DNA of 64,000 nt from Winogradskyella sp. (GCF_016744625.1 NZ_JADGDZ010000010.1:126-64125), one strand, 5' to 3'; numbered from the stretch's first letter, positions 31,001-39,931 are shown. Numbers and translations: made by a program. Notes: a model not told the origin generated them from the letters alone.

Positions 31001-32449
31001 TGTTGATGTAAGAGTGAAATCAGCGGCATTAGTACCACTTATACTCACATAAGGGGATGAATCAGTTAATATAAGGTTACTAATACCAGTGTTTTCAATT
31101 GTAAATGTATTTGCATTAGTGCCAGAAGGTACATTAACACTACCAAAGTCTGTGTCATCGGTTAAAGAAGGTGTAGTATCACCACTGGCTATTGAGTTTC
31201 CAAGACCAGTGATATTTATTTCTGGATTGGATCCGCATGACGGACATCCGGATGTTAAATTACTTAAATCAACAATTTGTATTTCGTGCGACATGGTATT
31301 TCCACTTCTATGTGACCAGTGTGCCGCTTGTGTTGTAGAATTGAAATAGTAATTTCTCCAGCCTCTTGCATAAGCAGTTCCGCCACCAGTACTTGTTGAA
31401 GAGCCAATGATTAAAGCTTCGCTAGTATTAGTTAAACTCGCAGAAGAAATATCAATTGTTGATTCACCTGCTGTATTTGATGTGTTTGCTGAAAACCTTG
31501 TTACAGACAAACCTGAATTGGATAATACATGTACAAATTGTCTGTTAGTACCGTTAGATAAATGACCAGATTGAAAAGCCCAATCCACAGTTTGATTATT
31601 AGAACCTGGATCCATTTGGGGCCAGTTATCTTCAATAGCTTCATTAACTCCACTAGCAGTGTTATCTCCTCTATGATGACTAAAAATTATAGCTTCGCTC
31701 CATGCACTTACATCAGTAGCTGTTCCTGTACCATCAGAGTTATTTCTTATTGTAATGCTTCCTGTATCAGCACTTACATTGCCTGAATCACCATGTAATA
31801 CGGTCCAGTTACTTCCAGTAAATTCAACAAGTGTTACATATACAGTGATATTGTTTGTGTTAGAGCCTTTTTCAACCCTTAACGTCGTTGCATTTTCTAA
31901 GTAGGCGATAGCTGTACCAGTATCTGCACCAGCAGTACCATCATTTGTTAAAATACCAGTTATAAATGGAATACAGTCGTTTACATTACTAATACCAGAT
32001 ATGATTTCAGTTACACTATTTGCAGCTCCATCTAAAGAAACTGCATATCTCCCTATAGTAATCATTTCATTACTTCCGCCTGGTGCACCAATATATTCCC
32101 ATATTGAGGTATTAAATCTCGTATTAGAACTAGAAGACCCAGATTCTCTATAATAGCTTAAAGTACCAGTGCCTGTTAGAACCCTTGCTCCAGATAAATC
32201 ATCGGCTGCTAAGTTGCTAGCAGTACCATTAATACCTGCGGTTACTTTTCTATTATTATTTGCTAGAGCTATAGCATTATTCAAGGAAGATACTGCAGTA
32301 AAACTTGTATTTGTTCCTCCAGTGTTTCCAACATCATTTTGCACATGTTGTACATTAAAGTCTGCTGTCTGAGAATAAGAAAAAACTGTAAATAGAAAAG
32401 CACATGCAATCAGTGCATACCTCCTAGAGGTTAGGGTAAAAGTTGTCAT
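25037..32449 (-). CDS. Giant secreted multidomain protein, T9SS type-A cargo: 3 choice-of-anchor-D-like Ig repeats, GEVED, MAM, LamG and a Por secretion tail
   Basis: Signal peptide. Three repeats of the pattern DDTDFGS...FTI.N.G...L......F....DENPY.F.IQG.G. GEVEDYTINI is present. The MAM motif is FESGFGLWTQ...DDFDWSRTSG...YIYTE. The LamG region is FTISAWVK...WHHVAAIYDGSSVYLYIDG...IDEVRVWDTAL. The C-terminal beta-sandwich is IELFNVIGQSVY...TGTYIVKL. Confidence 0.9.
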   Translation of the reverse strand: MTTFTLTSRRYALIACAFLFTVFSYSQTADFNVQHVQNDVGNTGGTNTSFTAVSSLNNAIALANNNRKVTAGINGTASNLAADDLSGARVLTGTGTLSYYRESGSSSSNTRFNTSIWEYIGAPGGSNEMITIGRYAVSLDGAANSVTEIISGISNVNDCIPFITGILTNDGTAGADTGTAIAYLENATTLRVEKGSNTNNITVYVTLVEFTGSNWTVLHGDSGNVSADTGSITIRNNSDGTGTATDVSAWSEAIIFSHHRGDNTASGVNEAIEDNWPQMDPGSNNQTVDWAFQSGHLSNGTNRQFVHVLSNSGLSVTRFSANTSNTAGESTIDISSASLTNTSEALIIGSSTSTGGGTAYARGWRNYYFNSTTQAAHWSHRSGNTMSHEIQIVDLSNLTSGCPSCGSNPEINITGLGNSIASGDTTPSLTDDTDFGSVNVPSGTNANTFTIENTGISNLILTDSSPYVSISGTNAADFTLTSTPTATIGMSSSTTFDITFDPSANGVRTATISIANDDTDENPYTFDIQGTGVTPTYCTVIGANDGFEYISNVSLNTINNNSTGGTTPTGYSDFTGISTNLTQGSTHAISVTPFWTGTLYNEGVTVWIDFNQDYDFNDPGELVFQVGPDTVSPQTGTINVPLGATTGATRMRVMMDDAIVVTNPCNTPDFGEVEDYTINIIASSPLAEIDVTGNGNSIVDGDTTPTVTDDTDFGSTNVGTPVANTFTIHNYGGTNNLNLTGGSPFVTISGAHSGDFSVTAIPTTPIAAGANTTFQITFNPSAGGLRTATLTILNDDADENPYNFNIQGTGIVPTPEINITGNSNTIADGDTTPTTTDDTEFGAISVTGATDTNTFTIQNTGTATLSVGTITIGGTHAADFTVTASPAASVAASGSTTFNIQFDPSVAGLRTATVSIVNGDSDENPYNFSIQGYGITPGSCGATVSTFPYEESFESGFGLWTQDIDGVQDDFDWSRTSGTTPSGSTGPNAAQDGSFYIYTEVDGNQNDTAQLISPCFDLTGTANPRFTFFYHMYASSTGYMGNLNVELSTDNGLTYPNTLFTQSDLTHNFTNASFTPISIDLSSYIGQTVRIRLRGDTIGDNRGDMAIDQVTMTNKPTPTVAPGGVTSNLALWLKADDGLSYTDGQNVTAWQDQGLGSDARVQESAQAPTYYDNTTRNVNFNPVIEFDNTYTSFSEDTDFSHDNTSSEFLSGDYGFYTQEVFIVMIPDDTSITNSFGFMDVFCSDAHLETGAADATGIGFGDYTGRINNEIICYAHDSYTQSESGDGYAVAEIGTGSSYDNVGIINTRNNSANSQQELYYNANDIETTQNDIAEYMNTSDSRWWIGRSEGWEATLNARVAEVITYTTRKTDANLTQERNRIQSYLGIKYGITLGTNGTSQDYVNSDGTVIWDQSVNSGYNYDIAGIGRDDASELNQKQSRSVNNATDGTGRTQGVLSIGLTDIYDTNNLNQSSNPTTLGDKEFLIWGNNGTDLNLAATTVTVNMSSGVAPALTTEVTFTAMQRIWKVVESGGDISKAKVRLQEQAVRNITPPGSYYMFISSTGVFDPTADYRVMTSDGNGNLEADYDFDGTKYITFGYAPQVIVERSVYFDGAVDYIDMEDKLDLDPTGFTISAWVKRDAADTGEVSILSKRDAAFTQGYDLRMRNTNQLRIYWRNGSNQSLSSNTVIPDDEWHHVAAIYDGSSVYLYIDGVLDNSANRTAPIATNESFYIAAAGKNTPVQHFQGNIDEVRVWDTALTEDQLRFVMNQEIEDNSGQVMGKELPSTITKHDIDAIPWSDLAGYYPMTVYTYTNTEDASGNGNQGALRNLNTVARQTAPLPYESTQNGDWDTTATWTNGSEQYIPGSTSIVDPTVTVDWNIIRTSHNVSVDNSSLPAANLDNRKVLGLYVDANELTLNGNTGTSAGNGITVSHYMRLTGKLDLEGESQLIQSANSDLDVIGTGALERDQQGTADTFTYNYWSAPVGETDIAKNDYRYTVQDIMYDGTNPINFLTSGYDGAATNPVGIADYWIWKYANQPTDDYSAWQHVRRTGSISAGEGFTMKGPGTGSILTDQNYVYLGKPNNGDINLTINAGNDYLVGNPYASAIDADIFIADNGPELDYDPATDPTPLLSGTLYFWEHWGGASHNLADYQGGYATYNFSGAVAAASYGTNDPDVATGGTPTKLPGRYIPVGQGFFVTAENTGAINFNNGQRIFRKEGGASSVFMRNANATATQSDYNDEEIDDRMKFRIGFNSVNTLRRQLLLTIDERASLDVDWAFDAKMNESQMDDMYWMINDEEYIIQASDEAEESSVYPLGIKTDSDGLNTITIDDLENVPNDLEIYVHDITLDLYHDLRESDYEVFLNAGEYLDRFEITFTTNHDSLGVDDQTINSIDVLYSNDIEKIILINPNLINVKSIELFNVIGQSVYTIENISESGYSEYEVKNLSTGTYIVKLYTESGSVATKKVLVK

Positions 32450-32513
32450 AAGCGGTTAATTTTAGTTTGGGACTAAATTATGTGTCAAACATAGTCTAAT
32501 ATTCTATTAAGTG

Positions 32514-32521
32514 CAAATATA
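32514..32521 (-). promoter_or_regulatory. -7 promoter box TATATTTG for the 2470-aa gene
   Basis: The plus strand reads CAAATATA. It lies 65 nt upstream of the ATG at 32449. Confidence 0.4.
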
Positions 32522-32570
32522 ATCGTTGAAACGCATCATTAAAATCTAACTATCTGTGATTCAGTGAAAT

Positions 32571-32602
32571 AAAAAAGGCTCTATTTTTAATTAAATAGAG
32601 CC
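32571..32602 (-). terminator. Rho-independent terminator after the M14 peptidase gene
   Basis: On the minus strand, the GGCTCTATTT...AAATAGAGCC stem is followed by TTTTTT. Confidence 0.75.
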
Positions 32603-32624
32603 TTTAGGTGGTATTTGTTACCTA

Positions 32625-35132
32625 CTATTGCTTAATTATCTGTTTTGCAATAGATTGATTTGTTGTTAAATCGTGTATTTTTAGAATATAAGTTCCACTC
32701 TTAAGATTATCTAAAGTAGATAATCGTATCGTTTGATTATTTAATTCTAACGTGTTGGTAATAATAGATCTTCCTAATACATCATAGATGTTAAATGTTA
32801 ATGTATTTCCAGTTAAAGATGATGGTAATTTAATGTCAATAACATCTTTAAATGGGTTAGGGTAAAGGCTTATATTTTCTAAACTTTGGTCGTCAATATC
32901 TAAAACTTGCTCAAATAAGTTGACTGTATAATCTTCAACCTCACCATCGTCAAAACTTTCACATGGATTATCTTGAGTTTGGTTTGCTGAGCCATAATAT
33001 TTCATTATAACACGCATAACTGTATCTCCAAGTTTTGCTTCTGATGGTACAGTAAAGTTTGTATTCGAAACTGTTTGAACTTCTGATGAGTTAGATGATA
33101 ATACTTTCTCTGAAGCACTAAATGTTCCATCCTGATTATAATCTATCCAGACAGATACGGCTTCATCATAATTAGTCCCTGTCCAATGTTTTGTTACAGA
33201 AATATTATTATTAGAGGTTCCTACTTCAATTGGGTTAAAAATTGTCATACCCTTATAGCTAGTATAACCAGATGCTGTTGAGCCTACAGAATTATTTGCA
33301 GTACCATTTAATCCTACTTCTCCAATATATTCGTATTGTACTCTGTTTCCAGTTGCTGCACAATAAGAAACAAGGGCAGTTGTAAAGTTATCTGTAGTAG
33401 AATACGCTGAAGATATAGCATCACAATTAGAACGCACTTCATATTCATAATTTGTATTTGGGTCTAAACCTGTTACACTATAGGAATTTGTATTAATATC
33501 AGTAACTTCAGTCCAAGTACCAGAACCAACTTCTCTATATCTTAAATCATAACTAGAGCCAGATCCAGTAGACCAATTTAGTGTAGCTGATGCAGAAACA
33601 ATGTCTGTAGCATTTAAACTTCCTGGAATTGCTGGTGTTAATGGAGTTAACATAACATCTGCTAATACTTTTTTTTCGTAATTAGCTATTGTTCTATTGT
33701 TTAAAGTTACAGGTTGGTAACATGGTGCTTCAAATATTAAGTCGTATGTGCCAGCATATATAGGTCTGTAATAATCACCTTGTGTATCAGATACGGTCCA
33801 AGAACCTAAATCATCATGTCCAATAGCTTTAATTGTAGCTCCTTCAATCGGATTACCTGTATTGGCATCTTTTATAAATCCTCTAAAACCATATGTACCT
33901 TGTACTAAATAATCGAGTAAAGCGTCTCTATTGTAATTCCAAAAATCATCTAGCTGATTAGCTGAAGGCTTTTTAGTATTTGATAACTCAATAGTCATTT
34001 CTTTACATTGATGATCGTGATTCATATAATCTTGGCGACCACCATATACGCGGTACCAGTCTGCACCATGTGTAATACCATTATTTTGGTCGTCCATATA
34101 ACCACTAGGTCCATCGTTTTGAGCATGATCTCTATATTCTGAAGCGGTTAAAACCCACCATGAATCATCAGGATGTCTATCGTAAGTGTTATCCCAAGGG
34201 TAGTTTACTAGCTCAATGCCTCCATGGAAATTTGCAGAAATAACAAAATGATTGTCTTGTGCTAACTGCATAAAATGTAGTGTTTCTGTTTGATATGCAT
34301 TGCCATCATCGTGAGCACCAGCAATATTATCTGGATAATTTCTATTTAAATCAATATTATTCCCATTTCCACGTCTTGCATTTGCAACTGAGGTGTTGTT
34401 TGCACTTAAATGATAAGTGCCATCTGGATTAGCATTTGGATTAATCCATATTTCAGAATTATTAACTAAGTCAGCAATTCTTGCATGATCAGGATGTGAA
34501 TTGTCTTTATATACCGTAATAAAATAGTCGATTAAGTCTAACATCATTGGAAAACCAGCAATTTCATCACCATGCATCGATGAGGTGTATAACAATTTTG
34601 GTTCTGCTTCATCTGTAGAAACATTATCCGAAATCTTTACAAAAAGAATTTCTTTATCTCCTTGTCCTGTTGCTCCAATACTGAAAAATTCAACAATATC
34701 AGAATGTTGTGTTTCAAAATTCTGCATTTGTGATGAGTAATCTGCATAAGTTGGGTAAGCAGTTAAAGGAAATTCTAAAGTATATCCAGGTTTTGGAGCT
34801 CTAGAATAAGTACTTATATCATCAGACATTAAACGTTCATTGATGTCATTATCTTCTTCAGATACACTGTAAGGAATATTTAAGTCTAAAAAGCTTGAAA
34901 ATTGTGAACGGTTTGCCCATGCTTTTACTTCATTAGTATTGCTGTTAAAGTTTACAATAGTTAATGATTTAGACAATTGACTTAATTCGGTACTATTTTC
35001 AATATTGAATTTGAAAGTCAGTTCTCCTTGTGTTTGGAGTAAGTTGTCGATTGCAATATTATTTAATCTCTGCGCATATGCAGACATAAAGAATAATAGA
35101 AAAGCGGTTAAGGTTAAAGTAATTTTCTTCAT
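32625..35132 (-). CDS. Secreted M14 zinc carboxypeptidase with CarboxypepD_reg-like, FN3, GEVED and T9SS type-A sorting domains
   Basis: Motifs: SMHGDEIAG (HxxE zinc site), NPNANPDG, the FN3 region LNWSTGSGSSYDLRYRE, GEVEDYTVNL, and the C-terminal LYPNPFKDVIDIKL...GTYILKI. Confidence 0.88.
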   Translation of the reverse strand: MKKITLTLTAFLLFFMSAYAQRLNNIAIDNLLQTQGELTFKFNIENSTELSQLSKSLTIVNFNSNTNEVKAWANRSQFSSFLDLNIPYSVSEEDNDINERLMSDDISTYSRAPKPGYTLEFPLTAYPTYADYSSQMQNFETQHSDIVEFFSIGATGQGDKEILFVKISDNVSTDEAEPKLLYTSSMHGDEIAGFPMMLDLIDYFITVYKDNSHPDHARIADLVNNSEIWINPNANPDGTYHLSANNTSVANARRGNGNNIDLNRNYPDNIAGAHDDGNAYQTETLHFMQLAQDNHFVISANFHGGIELVNYPWDNTYDRHPDDSWWVLTASEYRDHAQNDGPSGYMDDQNNGITHGADWYRVYGGRQDYMNHDHQCKEMTIELSNTKKPSANQLDDFWNYNRDALLDYLVQGTYGFRGFIKDANTGNPIEGATIKAIGHDDLGSWTVSDTQGDYYRPIYAGTYDLIFEAPCYQPVTLNNRTIANYEKKVLADVMLTPLTPAIPGSLNATDIVSASATLNWSTGSGSSYDLRYREVGSGTWTEVTDINTNSYSVTGLDPNTNYEYEVRSNCDAISSAYSTTDNFTTALVSYCAATGNRVQYEYIGEVGLNGTANNSVGSTASGYTSYKGMTIFNPIEVGTSNNNISVTKHWTGTNYDEAVSVWIDYNQDGTFSASEKVLSSNSSEVQTVSNTNFTVPSEAKLGDTVMRVIMKYYGSANQTQDNPCESFDDGEVEDYTVNLFEQVLDIDDQSLENISLYPNPFKDVIDIKLPSSLTGNTLTFNIYDVLGRSIITNTLELNNQTIRLSTLDNLKSGTYILKIHDLTTNQSIAKQIIKQ

Positions 35133-35453
35133 TAGATTTGGGATTAAATGAAATTAATTTTGGCGCTAATATAGAATTAATTTTGATTTTAAATCTATAA
35201 AAAGCATAAAAAACCGATGAAATACATATTTTTTGTAAGTTGATTCTGTTAATCGATTGAATGTCAGTACCATAAATATGAGGCTAATTTTCCGCTAAAT
35301 ATGTATAGAATTGGAAGAAAAGTAATTGTATAATCCTAAATGAAGTCTTTAGAATTGTACCGAGAATCATTTTATAAATTAAAAATTTGATTCTCGATAT
35401 TAATTTTTTACATGGAAAATATGTGAAACTTTCTTGAATTGACAAGTCTTTAT

Positions 35454-35482
35454 AAAAACACTCAAAGGCTATGGTTTTGAGT
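35454..35482 (-). terminator. Rho-independent terminator after the propeller/amidohydrolase gene
   Basis: On the minus strand, ACTCAAA-accatagcc-TTTGAGT is followed by GTTTTTAT, 5 nt after the stop. Confidence 0.6.
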
Positions 35483-35486
35483 ACTT

Positions 35487-38400
35487 TTAGTTTTTCACTC
35501 CAGGTAAACCTTTTGGCTTTTTAGTTTGCCAATGAAAAGTTTCCGCCTTCTTTTGAATTGGTGCAACTTCATCTAGTGTATTTGCATCATATACGATACC
35601 GTTTTTTACAACATGAGTTAGAGTGTTTGTGTTTCTTAAATTATCAAGAGGGTTATTATTCATAATTAAGATATCTGCGACTTTACCGACTTCGAGAGTG
35701 CCTAAGTCATTATCCAGGCCAAGTGCTTCACAACCTTTAATTGTTGCTAATCTTAAGGCATCATAATTACTCATGCCACCACTAGCGACAGCCCATAATT
35801 CCCAATGAAATCCTAAACCTTGTAACTGTCCATGGCTACCAATACCACCAATGCCGTCAGCTTCGATAAGATCTTTCATAAACTCAGCATGTTTTTTAAA
35901 GACGTGTTCTTCGTCCATAAACCAACCTGGTCTGCGTCTCGATTTTTGTGCTAATTCTTTATAAGGTGTAAAGTATTGTAGCTTCTTATCGTTATATGGT
36001 TTTTCTCTAGAGTAGTAGTAGTTTTCTGCCCAAGGACCACCATAACTTACTAAAAGAGTAGGAGTGATTGCCATTTGTGATTGGGCAGCGGTTTTAATTA
36101 CGTCTTTGTAAATTGGATAAATAGGAAATGAGTGCTCATGACCAGGATAACCATCCATCATGTTCACCATATTCTGTTTAAAGTCTAATCCTCCTTCAGT
36201 AGTTGGCATTAATTTTAATTCCTTTGCAGCCATAATTACCCATTGACGTTGTTGACGGTTACCAACCAAGTAACTTTTAATGCTCTTGGTATTGTAGTAT
36301 TCGCTGTATTGTTTTAATACTTCTTTAGCGTGATCTAGGCTGGTAATATTGTAAGCCCAATACCCAACACCAGGACCTGTACTATATACTCTTGGTCCAT
36401 GAATCATACCAGCTTCAACCATGTCAGCATAGGTCAATACATCAGTTGTAGCGGTTTGTGGATCTCTAGTTGTAGTTACTCCATAAGCTAGGTTCGCTGA
36501 ATAAATCCAAACCTGATTTTTATGAACTCCCCAATTTGGCCACATATGCGCATGAGTATCTACAAATCCTGGTGTAATAGTTTTACCTTTAATATCAATA
36601 ACTTTAGCATCATTTGGTACTGCAAAGCTTCCAGAAGCACCAATAGCTTTAATACGATTGTTTTCAATTAGAAGATCACCATTTTCAATGACTTGTTTTC
36701 CATTCATGGTAATGATACGTGCTCCTTTAAGTAAGGTGTTTCCTTTAGGAATTGCACGTTGGTATTTTACTTTTACTTTGTATTCATCGGCCTTAAACTT
36801 GGGCTTCTCTTTTTTCTTGTCTTTTTTGTCTTCAGTCTTTGTAGAATCTGTTTTCTTTTCGGTAGCCTTAAGTTCTTTTTCTTTTTTTTTAGCTAAAACA
36901 AGACTATCAGAAAATGCCTTTCCTTTAGCCAAATCATATGCAAAGTGACTTGCACCAAGCGACCAATGTACTTTTTTGCTATCGTGTGACCATGCCGGAA
37001 ATTCTCCTCCCATAATCGTAAGTTTAGTTGCTGGAAATGCTGCATTTTCTGGTTTTGCTAATGAAATAGATGGTGTTTCTCCTATCATAGGAATAATCAC
37101 CGAATAGATATCATTATTAATTTGAGCTAGAGCATGTGTGCCGTCTGGTGAAATTCTAATTTCACTAGGACGCGAGCCTTTATTGTTTTCTCTCCATCCC
37201 TCTTCACTTGTTGGCATTGCTGCTGCGTGATTGTGGTCTTTTCCGAAGACATCAGATGAGCCGTAAGTTTTAATTCCGGTTAGTTTTAAGTGTTCTTTTT
37301 CATCACTACCATCCCAACGTATAGATATTAAACCTTTGCTGCCATGGTTTAAATACACACGATTATTCATCTTAGTGAAATGTGGTAACATTCTTCCTTT
37401 AGATTTGTCTATAACAGTAATGGTTCCACCTTCTGAAGAAATCCAAGCAATTTCGGCAAATACGCGTCTTTCAAATGGATCAACAGCATCATCATAAGTT
37501 TGAGCTGACCCTTTAGTGAAGGCAATACGGTTACTTTGATAAGACCAAGCAGGATAGTTATAAATACCGCGTTCTTTTGTGAGCTGTGTTGGATTACTTT
37601 TGCCAGAGGCATTCACTTTATATAAATGACCTCCATCAGGTTTCCATGTGGTAAATACAATCTGCTTACCATCTGGAGACCAAGCTGGCATCGCTTCTGT
37701 AAAATTATGATGGGTTAAACGTTTTGGAGTCCCATTGGCTATGGCCATTACGTAGAGTCTGTTCAATGCTGTGAACGCAATTTGCTTACCATCTGGAGAT
37801 GGTTTTGCATCTCTAATTTGTGTTACAAGTCCTTCAGGCGAATCATCTATTGGGTATTTAAAAGACACCATTGGTCCCATATCTAAATCTACATCCACAG
37901 AAAAGGGAATCTCAGTCGCATTATTATCTACAATACTAATGTTATATAGTTTTCCACCATAAGAAGCGATAAGATTTTTACTATCTGGTGTAAAAGCCAT
38001 TGCTGGTAAAACGCCGAGAGGAGCAATAGATTCTTGGTCGTCTCGTTGTACAGGATAGGCTAACCAACGTTCTTCACCAGTGTTGAGGTTACGAAGTACT
38101 AAACCAGTATGTTCTTCAAAACGGCTACCATAAACCATCCAATTACCATCTTTAGATAAGGTCGGAGTAAAGGCAGAACCATAACGAGAAGTCACCATTT
38201 CGGTAGTGGCATCTTCTCTGTCGAAGCTCATAATCTGGTATTGTGGCAATTGTGCATTATAATTCCATGCTCCGCGACGTGCAGAAAAGTAAATGTGTTT
38301 TCCATCTGCACTAAAAGCTGGATCGATATATTTATTAGCCTTTTGCTTTTTTAGTAAGTCGGCACCAGAGCCACCATCTTTATGGACTATAAAAGGTTTT

Positions 38401-38885
38401 GTGTTTCTTCGGCCTCGTGTGCCAACAATATAATCACCATCTGGACTCCAAGACGCAGAGACATGATATTTGTTTTTGTCTTTAGTAAGTTGTTTTTGCT
38501 CTTTAGTAGCTAAATCCATTGTCCAAAGGTTATCTGAACCACTTTTGTCTGAAATAAATAAAATTGACTTACCATCTGGACTGTAACGTGGATGCACATC
38601 GTAAGGCATGCCTTCTGTGACTTTAGTGGCTTTTCCACCTGCAATAGGAATGTTGTAAAGATCTCCCATCATATCAAACATAATGTTTGTACCATCTGGA
38701 CTCACATCTACTGAAATCCAAGTCCCTTTATCTGTAGTGAAATTGACTTTTCGCGTTGGCTTTAAAGGCAATTCTTTAGTTGCTTTTTTTGTAGAGTCTT
38801 TGGCTTTGGTTGTGTCTTGAGCAGTTAATAGATTTAAAGTAAAAAGTAGGAGTAGAGCAATGCAAAAGTGGTTGTGCTTTTTCAT
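35487..38885 (-). CDS. Secreted TolB-like beta-propeller (PD40 repeats) fused to a metal-dependent amidohydrolase domain
   Basis: Repeated SPDGK motifs (YSPDGKSILF, WSPDGDYIV, PSPDGKQIAF, WSPDGKQIVF). A Lys/Glu-rich linker follows, then ITPGFVDTHAHMW (the HxH metal site). Confidence 0.85.
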   Translation of the reverse strand: MKKHNHFCIALLLLFTLNLLTAQDTTKAKDSTKKATKELPLKPTRKVNFTTDKGTWISVDVSPDGTNIMFDMMGDLYNIPIAGGKATKVTEGMPYDVHPRYSPDGKSILFISDKSGSDNLWTMDLATKEQKQLTKDKNKYHVSASWSPDGDYIVGTRGRRNTKPFIVHKDGGSGADLLKKQKANKYIDPAFSADGKHIYFSARRGAWNYNAQLPQYQIMSFDREDATTEMVTSRYGSAFTPTLSKDGNWMVYGSRFEEHTGLVLRNLNTGEERWLAYPVQRDDQESIAPLGVLPAMAFTPDSKNLIASYGGKLYNISIVDNNATEIPFSVDVDLDMGPMVSFKYPIDDSPEGLVTQIRDAKPSPDGKQIAFTALNRLYVMAIANGTPKRLTHHNFTEAMPAWSPDGKQIVFTTWKPDGGHLYKVNASGKSNPTQLTKERGIYNYPAWSYQSNRIAFTKGSAQTYDDAVDPFERRVFAEIAWISSEGGTITVIDKSKGRMLPHFTKMNNRVYLNHGSKGLISIRWDGSDEKEHLKLTGIKTYGSSDVFGKDHNHAAAMPTSEEGWRENNKGSRPSEIRISPDGTHALAQINNDIYSVIIPMIGETPSISLAKPENAAFPATKLTIMGGEFPAWSHDSKKVHWSLGASHFAYDLAKGKAFSDSLVLAKKKEKELKATEKKTDSTKTEDKKDKKKEKPKFKADEYKVKVKYQRAIPKGNTLLKGARIITMNGKQVIENGDLLIENNRIKAIGASGSFAVPNDAKVIDIKGKTITPGFVDTHAHMWPNWGVHKNQVWIYSANLAYGVTTTRDPQTATTDVLTYADMVEAGMIHGPRVYSTGPGVGYWAYNITSLDHAKEVLKQYSEYYNTKSIKSYLVGNRQQRQWVIMAAKELKLMPTTEGGLDFKQNMVNMMDGYPGHEHSFPIYPIYKDVIKTAAQSQMAITPTLLVSYGGPWAENYYYSREKPYNDKKLQYFTPYKELAQKSRRRPGWFMDEEHVFKKHAEFMKDLIEADGIGGIGSHGQLQGLGFHWELWAVASGGMSNYDALRLATIKGCEALGLDNDLGTLEVGKVADILIMNNNPLDNLRNTNTLTHVVKNGIVYDANTLDEVAPIQKKAETFHWQTKKPKGLPGVKN

Positions 38886-39142
38886 AGGTGGTTGATTGAT
38901 TACATATAATGCTTTAAAAATAAGTAAATTATAACTGAAGACTTAAAATTTTAACATAGTTGGTTTTGTTTTTTAGTGTTAGACTTTTTTCAATTCACTC
39001 AGCATTACATTCTTAGTAGTACATAAATCATTATAAATACACTATAGTTGAATATACCTAGTAAAGGGTATGGTTTGCTTTGGTACTTGCTATTAAATTT
39101 GACTATTAACCAAAAGCAAACGAATTATGAAAACTAAGTTAG

Positions 39143-39931
39143 TTGCCAGCTTTTTTTATCTGTTTATGTTATTTATCTGCAATTTCTCAAGAGATTAAAC
39201 TTGGAGATGTAGTAGTGCTGAAAGCCGATATTCCGATTATTCAAAAAGAAGTTGTTGGCATATCAAGTGATCTAGCAGAAAAGGATAAAATTTTAGACTA
39301 TTTACAAAAAGGGGTGAAGTTTTACGTGGTCTCTTTAAGTAGTATAAGTTCCGATATTGTTAAATTGAGAGCGGTAAATTTTAACTCTATTTCCCCAGAA
39401 GAGAGAAAAAGCCTTGATAAAATGAAAATAATGATAAAAAGTGATTATTATAACGATAAAATTTATGCGATTACCTCAGAGAATTTCAAGGCATTCGCAG
39501 AAAAAGTTGTACCAGAAGATAGAATTTCAATAGGAATTATAACATTGCCTTTTAAAGCTAGGCCACAAGAGGATTTTTCATTTGATACTGAGTTAAACCT
39601 AAATACGACCTTAAATATTAGAATAGGACACTTTTTAGGATCTTCATTTAATTATCAACTAGGAGCAGGAATAGGAAGTGTAGGATTAAATACCAATAAT
39701 GCTAGTGGTATTGAAGCAGATGATGCACAAGATGTTGCAACTTTAACGCTATTCAATGGATTAATGTTACAATATAATAACGTACAGGTTGGTTTATATT
39801 TAGGGATTGATCACATCAATAATCAAAAAAATTATAATTGGGTTAGCAATGGTAATATATGGTTGGGCTTCGGAATTGGTTATAATTTATTTGAAATAAG
39901 CGTTGCTTCTTCAAAAAATAGTCAAGATTAA
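39143..39931 (+). CDS. Hypothetical secreted protein with an OMP-like C-terminal half; the 5' end is uncertain (see the T7 tract finding)
   Basis: The ORF opens at TTG. An out-of-frame ATG at 39127 would supply a better signal peptide. The C-terminal half shows alternating-hydrophobic beta-strand-like segments. Confidence 0.55.
   Translation: MPAFFICLCYLSAISQEIKLGDVVVLKADIPIIQKEVVGISSDLAEKDKILDYLQKGVKFYVVSLSSISSDIVKLRAVNFNSISPEERKSLDKMKIMIKSDYYNDKIYAITSENFKAFAEKVVPEDRISIGIITLPFKARPQEDFSFDTELNLNTTLNIRIGHFLGSSFNYQLGAGIGSVGLNTNNASGIEADDAQDVATLTLFNGLMLQYNNVQVGLYLGIDHINNQKNYNWVSNGNIWLGFGIGYNLFEISVASSKNSQD

Noticed and set aside
25473-32372. Nine plus-strand ORFs of 65-86 aa (for example 25473..25670, 29670..29879, 31089..31349) plus one same-strand alternate-frame ORF (29416..29703, 95 aa) inside the 2470-aa gene
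   Set aside because: They are shadow ORFs within a long, domain-rich CDS. Their translations are low-complexity with no motifs, as expected from the repetitive Thr/Gly/Asn-rich coding strand.
36840-36900. T9 (A9 on the coding strand) tract inside the propeller/amidohydrolase gene as a phase-variation site
   Set aside because: It encodes part of a Lys/Glu-rich interdomain linker, is in frame, and is much shorter than the A17 tract. There is no evidence of disruption.
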